NCBI GenBank assembly: GCA_050949525.1
Contig: JBMNFW010000001.1
Location: 65,078-129,077 of the forward strand
DNA from: Patescibacteria group bacterium
Lineage (GTDB): Bacteria; Patescibacteriota; Patescibacteriia; Patescibacteriales; UBA12465
Direction of reading: 5' to 3'
DNA length: 64,000 nucleotides
Shown here: piece by piece, positions 1 through 10,700 of the stretch
Position numbering within the stretch: the first letter of the stretch is position 1
How the letters are laid out: the number at the start of each line of letters is the position of its first letter
Program-made: the position numbers and the translations under genes
Notes under the pieces: generated by a model
Seen by the model: the letters and a program-made list of their open reading frames with translations, nothing else
The model's database searches: none
Told to the model about the DNA's origin: nothing

Positions 1-2
1 TA

Positions 3-680
3 TATAATGATGCTCGTTTTCAACCCGATCAGATAAAATTCTATCCTACGGTAGTAGTAAAAGATAGTTTGTTATATAGGTGGTGGAAGCAAGGAAAATA
101 TCAACCCTATACAGACAAAGAATTAGAGAATTTAATTATTGAAGCTAAAAAAATTACTCCCATCTATACTCGTATTATTCGTTTAATTCGAGATATCCCA
201 GGAGTTTCCATTGAGGCTGGTAATAAAATTACTAATTTGAGACAGGTTATAAAAAGTAAAGGAGTGATTTGTCGTTGTATTAGGTGTCGTGAGGTTGGAG
301 AAAAAAATATTAATGAAAAAAACATAAAATTAAATATTTTAGAATATGAAGCTTCTGAAGCTCAGGAATATTTTTTAAGTTTTGATAGTTCTGATAGTAA
401 AACATTATATGGGTTTTGTCGTTTACGTCTTGATTTTTCTAGTCCGATAGCGGTCGCCATAATTAGAGAGCTACATGTTTATGGTCAATTAGTTCCAGTC
501 GGAGGAAAAACAAAAGTCCAGCATCGAGGTTTAGGAAAAAAATTAGTAGCTCAGGCTGAAAAAATAGCCAAGAAAAAAGGAGCTCAAAAAATAGCAATTA
601 TATCCGGTGTTGGAGTTAGAAATTATTATCGAAATTTGGGGTATCGACTAAAAGATACTTATATGATAAAAAATATTTAA
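3..680 (+). CDS. ELP3-family (radical-SAM/GNAT) tRNA uridine(34) acetyltransferase-like protein, C-terminal part; 5' end lies outside the window
   Basis: Frame is open from position 3 (YNDARFQPDQIKFYPTVVVKD...). C-terminal GNAT block IRELHVYGQLVPVGGKTKVQHRGLGKKLVAQAEKIAKKKGAQKIAIISGVGVRNYYRNLGYRL closely matches the Elp3 acetyltransferase tail (FIRELHVYG...QH.G.G..L...AE.IA.......KI.VISGVGTR.YY.KLGY). Confidence 0.75.
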   Translation, partial: YNDARFQPDQIKFYPTVVVKDSLLYRWWKQGKYQPYTDKELENLIIEAKKITPIYTRIIRLIRDIPGVSIEAGNKITNLRQVIKSKGVICRCIRCREVGEKNINEKNIKLNILEYEASEAQEYFLSFDSSDSKTLYGFCRLRLDFSSPIAVAIIRELHVYGQLVPVGGKTKVQHRGLGKKLVAQAEKIAKKKGAQKIAIISGVGVRNYYRNLGYRLKDTYMIKNI

Positions 681-702
681 TATTAATAATTTAATTTTTT
701 AT

Positions 703-1944
703 ATGACAATTAATAAAAATTTAAGTCAGAGTGATCCTGATTTATTTAAACTAATTGGACAAGAGACTCAGCGACAAGAAGAGGGTATTGAATTAATTGC
801 TTCGGAAAATTATGCTTCCTTAGCGGTTTTAGAGGCTCTAGGGTCTTCTTTAAATAATAAATATAGTGAAGGTTATCCAGGAAAAAGATATTATGGGGGT
901 AATCATATTATTGATGAAATTGAGCTTTTAGCTATTGATCGCTTAAAAACTTTGTTTCAAGCTGAACATGCTAATGTTCAACCTCTATCAGGTTCATCAG
1001 CTAATTTAGCTGTTTATATGGCTTTTTTAGATTCAGGTGATAAAGTTTTGGGGTTAAAACTAGATCATGGAGGTCATCTTTCTCATGGTCATCATGTTAA
1101 TTTTTCTGGTCGTTTATATAATTTTGTTTCTTATGGTTTAAACTCTTCTGGCTTAATTGATATGGATGAAGTTAGAAAAATTGCTCTTAAGGAAAAACCT
1201 AAAATGATAGTGGCTGGTTTTAGTGCTTATTCACGAAATTTAGATTGGAAAACTTTTAAAGAAATTGCTGATGAGATTGGGGCTTATACCTTAGCTGATA
1301 TTTCTCATATTGCTGGATTAATTGCCGGCGGAGTTTTAGATAGTCCCGTTCCTTATTTTGATGTTATTTCTAGTACCACTCATAAAACTTTACGTGGTCC
1401 GCGAGGAGCTTTTATTTTATCTAAAGAAGAGCATGCTAAGAGAATTGATCAAGCAGTTTTTCCGGGACTTCAAGGTGGTCCTCATGATCATGCTATAGCT
1501 GCTAAAGCGGTAGCTTTTAAAGAAGCTTTAGATCCAAGTTTTAAAGATTATTGTCATCAGATAATTAAAAATTCTCAAACTATGGCCGAAGAATTTTTAA
1601 ATTTAAAATATGAAATAGTCTCAGGTGGAACCAGTAATCATTTAATGGTAGTTGATTTAAGAAATAAAGAAGTTGGTGGTTTAGAGGTTGAAAGAATTTT
1701 AGAGAGCATTGGTATTTCAGTTTCTCGCTCTACTATTCCTAATGATACTGCTTCTCCACGTAATCCTTCTGGAATTAGATTAGGGACTCCCGCTATTAGT
1801 ACTCGGGGTTTTAAAGAACCCGAGGTTAAAATCTTAGTACAATTAATTGATTTAGCGATTAAGAATAGAGAGGATCAGGATTATTTAAAAAAACTTAGTT
1901 TTGAGGTTCAAGCTTTAGCTAAAAAGTTTCCTGTTTATAAATAA
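703..1944 (+). CDS. glyA: serine hydroxymethyltransferase
   Basis: 413 aa. PLP-site motifs HLSHGHHVNFSGR and TTHKTLRGPRG; length typical of SHMT. Confidence 0.95.
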   Translation: MTINKNLSQSDPDLFKLIGQETQRQEEGIELIASENYASLAVLEALGSSLNNKYSEGYPGKRYYGGNHIIDEIELLAIDRLKTLFQAEHANVQPLSGSSANLAVYMAFLDSGDKVLGLKLDHGGHLSHGHHVNFSGRLYNFVSYGLNSSGLIDMDEVRKIALKEKPKMIVAGFSAYSRNLDWKTFKEIADEIGAYTLADISHIAGLIAGGVLDSPVPYFDVISSTTHKTLRGPRGAFILSKEEHAKRIDQAVFPGLQGGPHDHAIAAKAVAFKEALDPSFKDYCHQIIKNSQTMAEEFLNLKYEIVSGGTSNHLMVVDLRNKEVGGLEVERILESIGISVSRSTIPNDTASPRNPSGIRLGTPAISTRGFKEPEVKILVQLIDLAIKNREDQDYLKKLSFEVQALAKKFPVYK

Positions 1945-1948
1945 AAAT

Positions 1949-2818
1949 ATGAAAAAAATTGATGGTAAAAAAATTGCTGAAAGAATAAAAGATAAATTGG
2001 CTCTGGAGGTTTATCAGGTTTTAGAAAAAGAAGGCGGTCGTCGTCCTAATTTAGCCATTATTTTAGCGGGAGCTCGAGAAGACTCTAGGCTTTATGTTTC
2101 TTTAAAAGAAAAAGCCGCTAAAGAGGTCGGAATTGATACTAATCTTTATTTAATTTCTGAACATGAGGGGGAGGATGAGTTAATTTCTTTAATTGAGTTT
2201 TTAAACCAAGATTCTTCTATTGATGGTATTTTAGTTCAATTACCTTTACCAGAAAGATTTAATACTGATAAAATTTTATCTAAAATTTCTCCACAAAAAA
2301 ATGTTGATGGTTTTGATTCTCATGACAAGGTTTTTTTCTCTCCTTTAATTAAGGCCATTTGGTATTGTTTAGAAGAAACTCAAGAAGATTTATCTAAGAA
2401 AAAAGCTTTTTTATTTTTTAATTCACCTATTTTTGCTGAAGAAGTAAAAAAAGCTTTAAGCCCAATGGGGATTATTTTAGACTCTATTTCTAGTCAAGAT
2501 TTTTTAGAAATTAAAAAAGACAAAAAGAATTTTTTAGATTTAAAAGAAAAAATTAAAGCTTCTTCAATTTTAATTTCAGCTTTAGGTTGGCCAGAGTTTA
2601 TCGAAGCTGATTTTTTAAAAGATGAAATGATAGTAATTGATATTGGAATTACTAAAAAAGGTAAACGAGTTTTAGGTGATGTTAAATTTTCCGATAGTGA
2701 AAATTTAGTTGGTTATATTAGTCCAGTTCCTGGAGGTATTGGACCTATTACGGTTGTTAGTTTATTGGAAAATGTTTTTAAAGCTTATCAACATGGAAGA
2801 AAAAATTTCAAAAATTAA
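1949..2818 (+). CDS. folD: bifunctional methylenetetrahydrofolate dehydrogenase/cyclohydrolase
   Basis: 289 aa. N-terminal GKKIAERIK, C-terminal PVPGGIGPITVVSLLEN typical of FolD. Directly follows glyA (one-carbon pair). Confidence 0.8.
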   Translation: MKKIDGKKIAERIKDKLALEVYQVLEKEGGRRPNLAIILAGAREDSRLYVSLKEKAAKEVGIDTNLYLISEHEGEDELISLIEFLNQDSSIDGILVQLPLPERFNTDKILSKISPQKNVDGFDSHDKVFFSPLIKAIWYCLEETQEDLSKKKAFLFFNSPIFAEEVKKALSPMGIILDSISSQDFLEIKKDKKNFLDLKEKIKASSILISALGWPEFIEADFLKDEMIVIDIGITKKGKRVLGDVKFSDSENLVGYISPVPGGIGPITVVSLLENVFKAYQHGRKNFKN

Positions 2819-4556
2819 AGACCTACTTAAGAGATATTATGGGTTTTCTGAATTTCGGCTTGGTCAAGAAGAGGCTATTTCTCAAGTTTTAAATAAAAAA
2901 GATACGGTTGTTATTATGCCAACTGGAGGAGGAAAATCTCTAATTTTTCAATTACCCGCTTTAGTATTAGAGGGAGTGACTTTAGTCGTTTCTCCTTTAA
3001 TTGCTTTAATGAAAGATCAGGTTGATTCTCTTTTAAAACTAGGAATTCCTAGCACTTTTATTAATTCTTCAATTAGCTTATCAGAAACTAATGAAAGATT
3101 AGAACAGATAAAAAATGGTTTTTATAAAATAGTTTATGTAGCGCCAGAAAGATTTTATAACCAAGCTTTTTTAGAAGCTTTAAGTAAGGTTTCAGTTTCC
3201 CTTTTTGCTATTGATGAGGCTCATTGTATTAGTCAGTGGGGACATGATTTTAGGCCGAGCTATTTAAGATTGAAAAAGGTTATTGATTTTTTAAAAAGAC
3301 CAGTAGTTTTAACATTAACCGCTACGGCTACTATTGAGGTTCGGGATGATATTATCAAGCAGTTAGAATTAAAAAATCCTGCAGTTATTGTAACCGGTTT
3401 TGCTCGAGACAATCTTCAGTTTGGTGTTATTCAAGCTGCTAATAGTCGAAAAGCCGATTTAGTTTTAGAAGCTATTATGGGCTCGGCTGATGGATCTGGT
3501 ATTGTTTATGTTGGAACTCGAGCTAAGGCCGAGGAACTTTTAGAATTTTTATTAGCCAATGATGTATCGGCGGTAGTTTATCATGCTGGTTTAGATGCTG
3601 ATAGTCGAGAGTGGGTTCAGGATAGTTTTATGAATGGTCAGGCTCGAGTAGTGGTAGCTACTAATGCTTTTGGTATGGGAATAAATAAAAAAGATATTCG
3701 TTTTGTTATTCATTATGATTTACCGGGAACTATTGAAGCTTATTATCAAGAAGCCGGAAGAGCTGGACGCGATGGTTTACCCAGTTTATGTCTTCTTTTA
3801 TATTCCCCCAGCGATCGTTATTTGAGAGAGTTTTTTATCCAAGGAGATAATCCGGCTCCAGAGTTAATTACTAAAGTATATGAAAAATTATTAGAAAAAG
3901 AAGAGGTTCCGGGTCAAGCTATTTTAATTACTTATGCTGAGTTAGCTCGAGATTTATCAGAAAATGTTCCAGAGATGGCGATTGGAACAGCTTTAAAAAT
4001 TCTAGAAAAAGAGTCTTATATCTCCCGACCAAGTGAAAAAAATGGTCAAGCTTTTTTAAAATTTAAAGATGATTTTAATAATCTGTTAGGAGCTTTGAGT
4101 TCTCGAGCCAAGGTTCAAATTGAGGCTTTGAATAAAGTTTATGATTATTTTTCGGAGAAATTAAAAAAAGGAGTTAATTTTAATTTAGATGATTTGTCTG
4201 AGACTATCAAGGTGAAAAAGAATTCAATTTTAAGAATGTTTAAGACTCTTGAAGAAAAAGGTTTAATTGAGTATCAACCACCATTTCGGGGAACTGAGAT
4301 TAGGATATTAAAATCAGTAGCTCCTGAAGATTTAGAAATTGATGTTCGGGCTTTAAGGGAAAAGCTTAAAAATGCCGAAGCTAAATTAGATGCTATGGAA
4401 AATTATGTTTATTCTTCTTCTTGTCGACAGGCCTATATTTTAAAATATTTTGGTGAAGAGAATATAAAAAACTGTGGACAATGCGATCAATGTTTAAGAG
4501 GTTTTCCGGAGCCTGATATTTCGGAAAATTTTCGTCATAAGGAATATTTAGGATGA
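2793..4556 (+). CDS. recQ: ATP-dependent DNA helicase RecQ
   Basis: Start placed at MEEKISKIK (nt 2793); the tracked ORF starts upstream at 2709. Helicase motifs TGGGKSL and DEAHCISQWGHDFRPSY. C-terminal Zn-binding/wing region CRQAYILKYFGEE...CGQCDQC. TGA stop overlaps the next ATG. Confidence 0.9.
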   Translation: MEEKISKIKDLLKRYYGFSEFRLGQEEAISQVLNKKDTVVIMPTGGGKSLIFQLPALVLEGVTLVVSPLIALMKDQVDSLLKLGIPSTFINSSISLSETNERLEQIKNGFYKIVYVAPERFYNQAFLEALSKVSVSLFAIDEAHCISQWGHDFRPSYLRLKKVIDFLKRPVVLTLTATATIEVRDDIIKQLELKNPAVIVTGFARDNLQFGVIQAANSRKADLVLEAIMGSADGSGIVYVGTRAKAEELLEFLLANDVSAVVYHAGLDADSREWVQDSFMNGQARVVVATNAFGMGINKKDIRFVIHYDLPGTIEAYYQEAGRAGRDGLPSLCLLLYSPSDRYLREFFIQGDNPAPELITKVYEKLLEKEEVPGQAILITYAELARDLSENVPEMAIGTALKILEKESYISRPSEKNGQAFLKFKDDFNNLLGALSSRAKVQIEALNKVYDYFSEKLKKGVNFNLDDLSETIKVKKNSILRMFKTLEEKGLIEYQPPFRGTEIRILKSVAPEDLEIDVRALREKLKNAEAKLDAMENYVYSSSCRQAYILKYFGEENIKNCGQCDQCLRGFPEPDISENFRHKEYLG

Positions 4557-5254
4557 ATAAATTAGCTCAAAACTTTTTATTAAAAACAGTTTCTCAGGGT
4601 TATGAGGAAATTGCTTTATCATTTAATGAGACTCGGCAAAAACCAATGAAGCCAATGGTGTATGAAATAGTTAATAATTTAAAGATATCTAATGGAGATC
4701 AGATTTTAGATTTAGGTTGTGGTAATGGCTGTTTTTTTGAAGTGTTAACAAATTTAAAAAAAGATATATCTTGGAAATATTTGGGTTTAGATAATAGTTC
4801 GAAGTTGATCAAATTAGCTCAAGATAAATATGGTTCTCATTTTGAGGTTTTTGATTTACTTGATTTAGCCTCTAGAAATGAGTTAAAATATAATTATATA
4901 TTTAGTTGGGCGGTTTGGCATCATTTTCCCGGAAAAAAATTAAGAAAAAAAATTTTAAATGATGTTTATAATCAACTTCAACTTAAAGGATATTTTATTT
5001 TTAGTGTTTGGAAATTAAGACAGAGAAAAAATTTTTTCTTTCTAAGTTTAAAAACTTATTTAGGGCAAGCTATTCGAGGACGTTTAGTAGATTGGGGTGA
5101 TCTCTTATTCCGATGGAAAGGTGGGGTGGATAGTCTTAGATATTATCATGCTTTTTCGCTTCGAGGACTTAAGAAATTAATTAAGGGGAGCGATTTTAAA
5201 CTAGAAAAAATTCTTGAAGATAATTTTAATTACTATTATATTTTAAAGAAATAA
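4553..5254 (+). CDS. class I SAM-dependent methyltransferase
   Basis: 233 aa; SAM-binding motif I LDLGCGNGCF. Substrate unknown. Confidence 0.6.
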   Translation: MNKLAQNFLLKTVSQGYEEIALSFNETRQKPMKPMVYEIVNNLKISNGDQILDLGCGNGCFFEVLTNLKKDISWKYLGLDNSSKLIKLAQDKYGSHFEVFDLLDLASRNELKYNYIFSWAVWHHFPGKKLRKKILNDVYNQLQLKGYFIFSVWKLRQRKNFFFLSLKTYLGQAIRGRLVDWGDLLFRWKGGVDSLRYYHAFSLRGLKKLIKGSDFKLEKILEDNFNYYYILKK

Positions 5255-5257
5255 TAT

Positions 5258-6661
5258 ATGGCTTTAATTACTTCTATCTCGGGTATTAGGGGAACAATTG
5301 GTCCGGGGGATGACAATTTAAATCCTCTTAATTTAATTAGTTTTTTAGCTGCTTTTAAGGAGGAGTTAGATCAAAAAAAGAGAACTTCAAAAAATTTAAA
5401 AATAGTTTTAGGTCGTGATGGTCGCTCTAGTGGAGCTATGTTTTTGTCTTTAGCTACTAGTACTCTCTTATCTTTAGGGGTGGATGTTTTAAATTTGGAT
5501 TTAGCTACTACTCCAACAGTGGAGATGACAGTTATACTAGAAAAAGCTGATGGTGGAGTTATTATTAGCGCTTCACATAATCCCATGAATTGGAATGCTT
5601 TAAAGTTGTTAAATTCTAAAGGAGAGTTTTTAGATAAAGAGACTGGAGAGAGAGTAATAGCTCGAGCTAAAAAAGGACCAATAGCTTTTGTGGCAGAGTC
5701 AAAATTAGGATGTTTAAAAAATGATTTTTCCTATCATTTTAAACATATTGATGAGATTTTAAAATTATCTTTAGTTAAAAAGAGTTTAATAAAATCAACT
5801 CCGCTTAAAATAGTGGTAGATGGAGTTAATTCGGTCGGATCTTTAGTTGTACCTCAACTTTTAAAAGCCTTAGGAATTAAAGAGATAATTAGTATTAATA
5901 GTGAGATAGAAGGAAAATTTAATCATGATCCAGAACCAATAGAAAAAAATTTAAAACAATTATGTCAAGCAGTTTTAAAGCATCAAGCGGATTTAGGTTT
6001 AGCGGTGGATCCGGATGTTGATCGTTTAGCTATAGTTGATGATTTAGGTCGACCGATTGGCGAAGAGTATACTTTAGTTTCTGTGGCTGATTATGTTTTT
6101 AAAAATTTTTCAAAATTTAAAAATAAGTATAAAGCTATTAGTGTTTCTAATTTATCTTCTTCTATGGCTTTAGAAGATTTGAGTCTTCGTTTTGGTTTTA
6201 AATATCAAGCTTCGGCAGTCGGAGAAATTAATGTGGTTAATAAAATGAAAGAAGTTCAAGCGGTTATTGGAGGGGAAGGAAATGGCGGAATAATTTATCC
6301 TGAGCTCCATTATGGTCGCGATGCTCTAGTCGGAATAGCCTTATTTTTATCTTATTTAGTTAGTAGTAAGCAACCTTGTTCAGAGTTAAGAAAAACTTGG
6401 CCACAATACTTTTTATTAAAAGAAAAAATTGTCTTAGATTCAAAGGTTAATATTGATAAACTTTTAAATCGTTTAGAAAAAAAATATCAAGATCAGGAGA
6501 TAATAAAAATTGATGGTTTAAAAATTATTTTTAAAAATGAGCGAGCTTGGGTTCATTTAAGACGATCTAATACTGAACCCTTAATTAGAATATATTGTGA
6601 AGCTTCTAGTCGCTCTAGAGCGCAAAATATTTTTAAAGAGGTTTCAGAATTATTAAAATAA
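5258..6661 (+). CDS. phosphohexomutase (phosphoglucosamine/phosphomanno-mutase family)
   Basis: 467 aa. Active-site serine loop SASHNP (IISASHNPMNWNALK) and metal-binding GLAVDPDVDR, diagnostic of the alpha-D-phosphohexomutase superfamily. Confidence 0.8.
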   Translation: MALITSISGIRGTIGPGDDNLNPLNLISFLAAFKEELDQKKRTSKNLKIVLGRDGRSSGAMFLSLATSTLLSLGVDVLNLDLATTPTVEMTVILEKADGGVIISASHNPMNWNALKLLNSKGEFLDKETGERVIARAKKGPIAFVAESKLGCLKNDFSYHFKHIDEILKLSLVKKSLIKSTPLKIVVDGVNSVGSLVVPQLLKALGIKEIISINSEIEGKFNHDPEPIEKNLKQLCQAVLKHQADLGLAVDPDVDRLAIVDDLGRPIGEEYTLVSVADYVFKNFSKFKNKYKAISVSNLSSSMALEDLSLRFGFKYQASAVGEINVVNKMKEVQAVIGGEGNGGIIYPELHYGRDALVGIALFLSYLVSSKQPCSELRKTWPQYFLLKEKIVLDSKVNIDKLLNRLEKKYQDQEIIKIDGLKIIFKNERAWVHLRRSNTEPLIRIYCEASSRSRAQNIFKEVSELLK

Positions 6662-6666
6662 AAAAT

Positions 6667-7416
6667 ATGAAAAACAAAATTATTATTTTAGCGGCTGGGA
6701 AAGGAAAACGAATGATGTCAGATTTACCTAAGCCTCTTATTCCGGTAAATAATCGAGCTATGATTAAGTATTTACTTGATTCTATTATAGCTTCCAAAAT
6801 TGATTCTAAGCCGGTTGTAGTAGTGTCTCCGATTGGAGAAGAAATAATGAAAGAAAGTCTTAAGGAATATAATTTAAATTATGCTATACAAACTGAGGCT
6901 TTAGGAACTGGGCATGCCGTATCAGTTACAGAGAACTTAATTTCTGAAGATGTTGAAAATGTTTTAGTTCTTTATGGCGATCAACCTTTTATTAGCCAAA
7001 AATCAATGCAGAAAATTTTAGATATTCATCAATCAGAGCTTTCAATGTTGACAGTAAGCTTGGAAGATTTTAATGATTGGAGACAAGGATTCTTTCATTG
7101 GGGGAGAATTTTGAGGGGGGAAAAAGGAGAAATTAGGGAAATAGTTGAGTTTAAAGATGCTAGTGAAGAACAAAAAAAGATTACCGAACTTAATCCAGCT
7201 ATTTTTTGTTTTAATCGGAATTGGCTATTTGATAATATTAAAAATTTAAAGAATAATAATAATCAAAAAGAATATTATTTAACTGATTTAGTTAAAATAG
7301 CCTTTAATCAAGGGGTAAATATAGATAGTTGTCCAGTGGCTGCTTCTGAAGTTTTAGGGATTAATAGTCCAGAGGAGTTAGAGATAGTAGAAAAAATAAT
7401 CAAAAATGAAAAATAA
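6667..7416 (+). CDS. sugar-1-phosphate nucleotidyltransferase (GlmU N-terminal-like)
   Basis: 249 aa. N-terminal ILAAGKGKRM nucleotidyltransferase signature. Adjacent to the phosphohexomutase, so plausibly an NDP-sugar/UDP-GlcNAc route. Confidence 0.7.
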   Translation: MKNKIIILAAGKGKRMMSDLPKPLIPVNNRAMIKYLLDSIIASKIDSKPVVVVSPIGEEIMKESLKEYNLNYAIQTEALGTGHAVSVTENLISEDVENVLVLYGDQPFISQKSMQKILDIHQSELSMLTVSLEDFNDWRQGFFHWGRILRGEKGEIREIVEFKDASEEQKKITELNPAIFCFNRNWLFDNIKNLKNNNNQKEYYLTDLVKIAFNQGVNIDSCPVAASEVLGINSPEELEIVEKIIKNEK

Positions 7417-7660
7417 TTTAAAAATAATTATCTTAATAGTGGTCTTTATTTTTTTAGTAGTTTTTACTTTTCTTTTTTTTAATCGTGATAAAAAAACTAT
7501 TCAAGAAATGCCTTATGTGTCAGAAATATTTGAGTTTATTACTATTAGCTCTGAAAGAGTTGGGCAAATAAATTTTAATATTTTTCAAAAAAAAGATAAG
7601 AATAACGAGAATCTTTTACCGAGTGATTTTTCAGATTGGGAAAACTCCCTTTTAGAATAA
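7406..7660 (+). CDS. small membrane protein (hypothetical)
   Basis: 84 aa with one N-terminal TM helix (IIILIVVFIFLVVFTFLFF). No recognisable motif. Sits immediately upstream of the giant surface-protein gene. Confidence 0.35.
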   Translation: MKNNLKIIILIVVFIFLVVFTFLFFNRDKKTIQEMPYVSEIFEFITISSERVGQINFNIFQKKDKNNENLLPSDFSDWENSLLE

Positions 7661-7727
7661 ATTTTAGTTTACTTTTAATAAAAATTATGATAATCTAATA
7701 GTATAAAAACAATTATTTTATATTATT

Positions 7728-10700
7728 ATGATTAGTAAAAAAAATAAAACTCGTCGATTAGTTTTTTTGATTTATTTTCTTTTAGTTTCGGTTTTTCTTT
7801 TAGGAAAAATAGCTTTAGCTACCAGTAGTCCGAGTGTGGTTGATACCACTTTTGGTCTTGATTATGTTGAGGGTACTAATCCTGAAATGAGTAATGAGGA
7901 GGGTATTAAATTGGGGGCTAAAGATCCTCGCACTATAGCTGTTAAAATTATTAATGTTTCTCTTAGTGTTTTAGGTATAATTGCGGTTATTATTGTTATT
8001 TATGGTGGTTTTGTTTGGATGACAGCTGAAGGAAATGAGGATAAAATCTCTAAAGCTCGGGGTATATTAAAATCAGGTGTTATTGGCCTGATTATTATTT
8101 TAGCGGCTTGGGGTATAGTTACTTTAGTGTTTAATAAGTTAGGGGTTAGTACGGGTGTTAGTACTGGGGATCATTCCACTTCAACTAATAATAATATTGT
8201 TCCTCCTGGTGGTCCTGGAAGTAATTGCGGTAGTTATTATGGTAATCAATGTACTCCAGATAACACTGATTGTAATGATGGATTAGTTTGTAATAATAAT
8301 TGTATTTGTGTTCCAGATGAAACTGGTACACCATGTTCTGGTGGTGATGTTTGTACTAGCAATAATCCAGAGTGTGGTAGTAGTTTCTTTTGTGATTTTG
8401 AGGCAGATTGTACTTGTCAATTATTGGGCTACTCTAATTTAAACGAACCTTGTAGTGATGGAAATACTTGTAATGACTCTAGTAATACTTGTAATCCTCA
8501 TTATGGCTTATCTTGTGATCCTGATGCTTGTATTTGTGTGGGGGAGCCGATTATAACTGGTATTAGTCCGCAAGGAGGTTTTTGTGATAATGATATTAAT
8601 CAAGCTTGCTTAAATGATACTGCTTGTGATGGGGGTTCATGTAATATTAGTCAAGCTAATGGGGCTTTAGGAAATTTGATTACTGTTTATGGTTATAATT
8701 TTGATCACTATGATCAAGATTATTCCAAAGTTAATTTAATAAAAAGGGATGGAGAAGAAGAGATTATTATTACCGCTCAAGTTCCTAGCGAACTAAATGC
8801 TGCCTGTGGTAATTCTTGGAATAATCAACAGATAGTAGTTGCTATCCCTACTAGCACAGCACTTAGCGTTGAAGATGAGATAGAAATAGAGGTTGTTACT
8901 CGATTAGAAAAAACCGATCGGAGTCAAGATGAAAATGGTCCACTATTAGAGTCTTTGTTAATAAATAATTTAGAACGTCCGGGTTTATGTAGCGTGAAAA
9001 AGGTGGGAGATGATAATACTGAGGGGGAGTTAGAAGGGCAAATGAATGATGAACTAGAATATCATGGTTTAAATTTAATTAATAGCAAAGCTTATTTTGG
9101 TAACTCTGTTAGTAATATTTTAGGACTTTCACCTAATAATTTTTCTGATAATGATATAAAAGGAAGGGCTCGAGTTCCTAATTTATCAACTGGAAAAACT
9201 AGTACTTTTGCCAAGAAGGAAATATTACCTAGTAATTTTATGGATTTTAGAAAGATGGCTGAAGCTCCTCAAGGTCCTTCTATTTCTTTCTTTGATCCAG
9301 TGGAAGGATCTTCTGGTCAGTATGTCACTATTTATGGTAGTGGTTTTGGTAGTTTTAAAGGTATGAGTGCGGTTTATTTGGTCGGTGATAATCAAGGTTC
9401 TATTGAAGCTGATTATAATTTTCCGCCAGTTTGTTTACAATCAGTTTGGTCGGACGATAAAATTTTAATAAAAATTCCAGATAATATTGATGATGGTGAT
9501 TATTATTTAGTGCTTCAAATAGGTACTTGGAACGAAATTATATCTAGCGATACTTTTAAGGTTTCAGCTGATATTGCTTTAGGTCCTAGTTTGTGTAAAA
9601 TTAGTCCTAGTTCTGGTCCTCATAGCACCACTTTAGTTAATATGTGGGGAGAGTATTTTGGTACTCAAGCTAGAGCTGTGTTTAGTTATCAGAAATTCAC
9701 TGATTCAGTTACACCTGAAATAGAGGGAGGAGCTGATAAAATTAAAGTTTTTGTTCCTGCCGAATCAATTTCTGGTCCAGTTAAAGTTGAGAGAGATAAT
9801 ATTAGTGGCAATAGTTTAAATTTTTTAATTGGTGCTTGTTTATCTGATGATGATTGTTCTGGGTCTAATACTTGTTGTGGGGCTAATACTGTTTTAGCTG
9901 GATCTTGTGTTTCTGATAGCAATGCTTGTAATGAAGGAGCTCCTAGTAATTCTTTATTTAAATGGAGCTTTGATACTGGAGTAGCTGATGCTAGTCCATC
10001 CTTCACCGGAGATGAGCCTTATAGTTGTGCTAGCTATACTTATTGTCCTGAGACACCTTATGTTTGTCCTAATTCTCCTGGAGTTTGTTCTAAATATCTT
10101 GGTGGTCAATCAGTATTAATTTCTGGTACTTGTGATGATACTTGTCAGAGTATTTGCCCTGGTTCTATATATCGATCTGATTTAAATCGATGTGTAAAAG
10201 ATATAGGTAATTGTCATTTGGATAAAAAAATAGAGTATTCATTAGGAGAAGGTTTGGGAACCACAACTAAAATAGCAGTTTGTAAAAATTATGATATTAA
10301 TGGGACAAGAAAATCTTTTTTTGAGATTTCAGTTAGTACTAGTTGTCCTAATGGTTGGAGCATGATTTCTCCTGGTCGTTGTGTTAATGTTCCTAATGTT
10401 TATAGTGAAGAATATAGTTATACATGTGGTGCTTGTCCTTCAGGTTTAAGTTGTCAAAATTTGTATGGAAATGTTGAATTAGGTATATGTGCTTCTGGTC
10501 CTTTATGTTCTGGAGATTATTCTTGTATTAATGGTCAATGTCAAAAAGAAGATCTAGGTGATTGTCAGTGTTGTTGTGATAAGGATCAAAATAGTACTGA
10601 TGCTGATAGCTATGGTAATCCAGCTTGTTGTACTCCATTGATTTGTGATTATAAATGCGGTGTTAGCGCTAATGAGCCGACTAATAATGAAAATTATGGA

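Noticed and set aside
2709-2792. Upstream extension of the recQ ORF (MVILVQFLEVLDL...)
   Set aside because: This segment is the folD C-terminus read in another frame. The conserved RecQ N-terminus begins at MEEKISKIK (2793).
5371-5586. 71-aa ORF on the - strand inside the phosphohexomutase gene
   Set aside because: Fully antisense to a well-supported conserved CDS; low-complexity translation; no start context.
9689-10006. 105-aa - strand ORF inside the giant surface-protein gene (also 12318..12506 - and 13819..14061 -)
   Set aside because: Antisense to a long continuous + strand ORF with coherent domain structure; typical AT-rich-frame artefacts.
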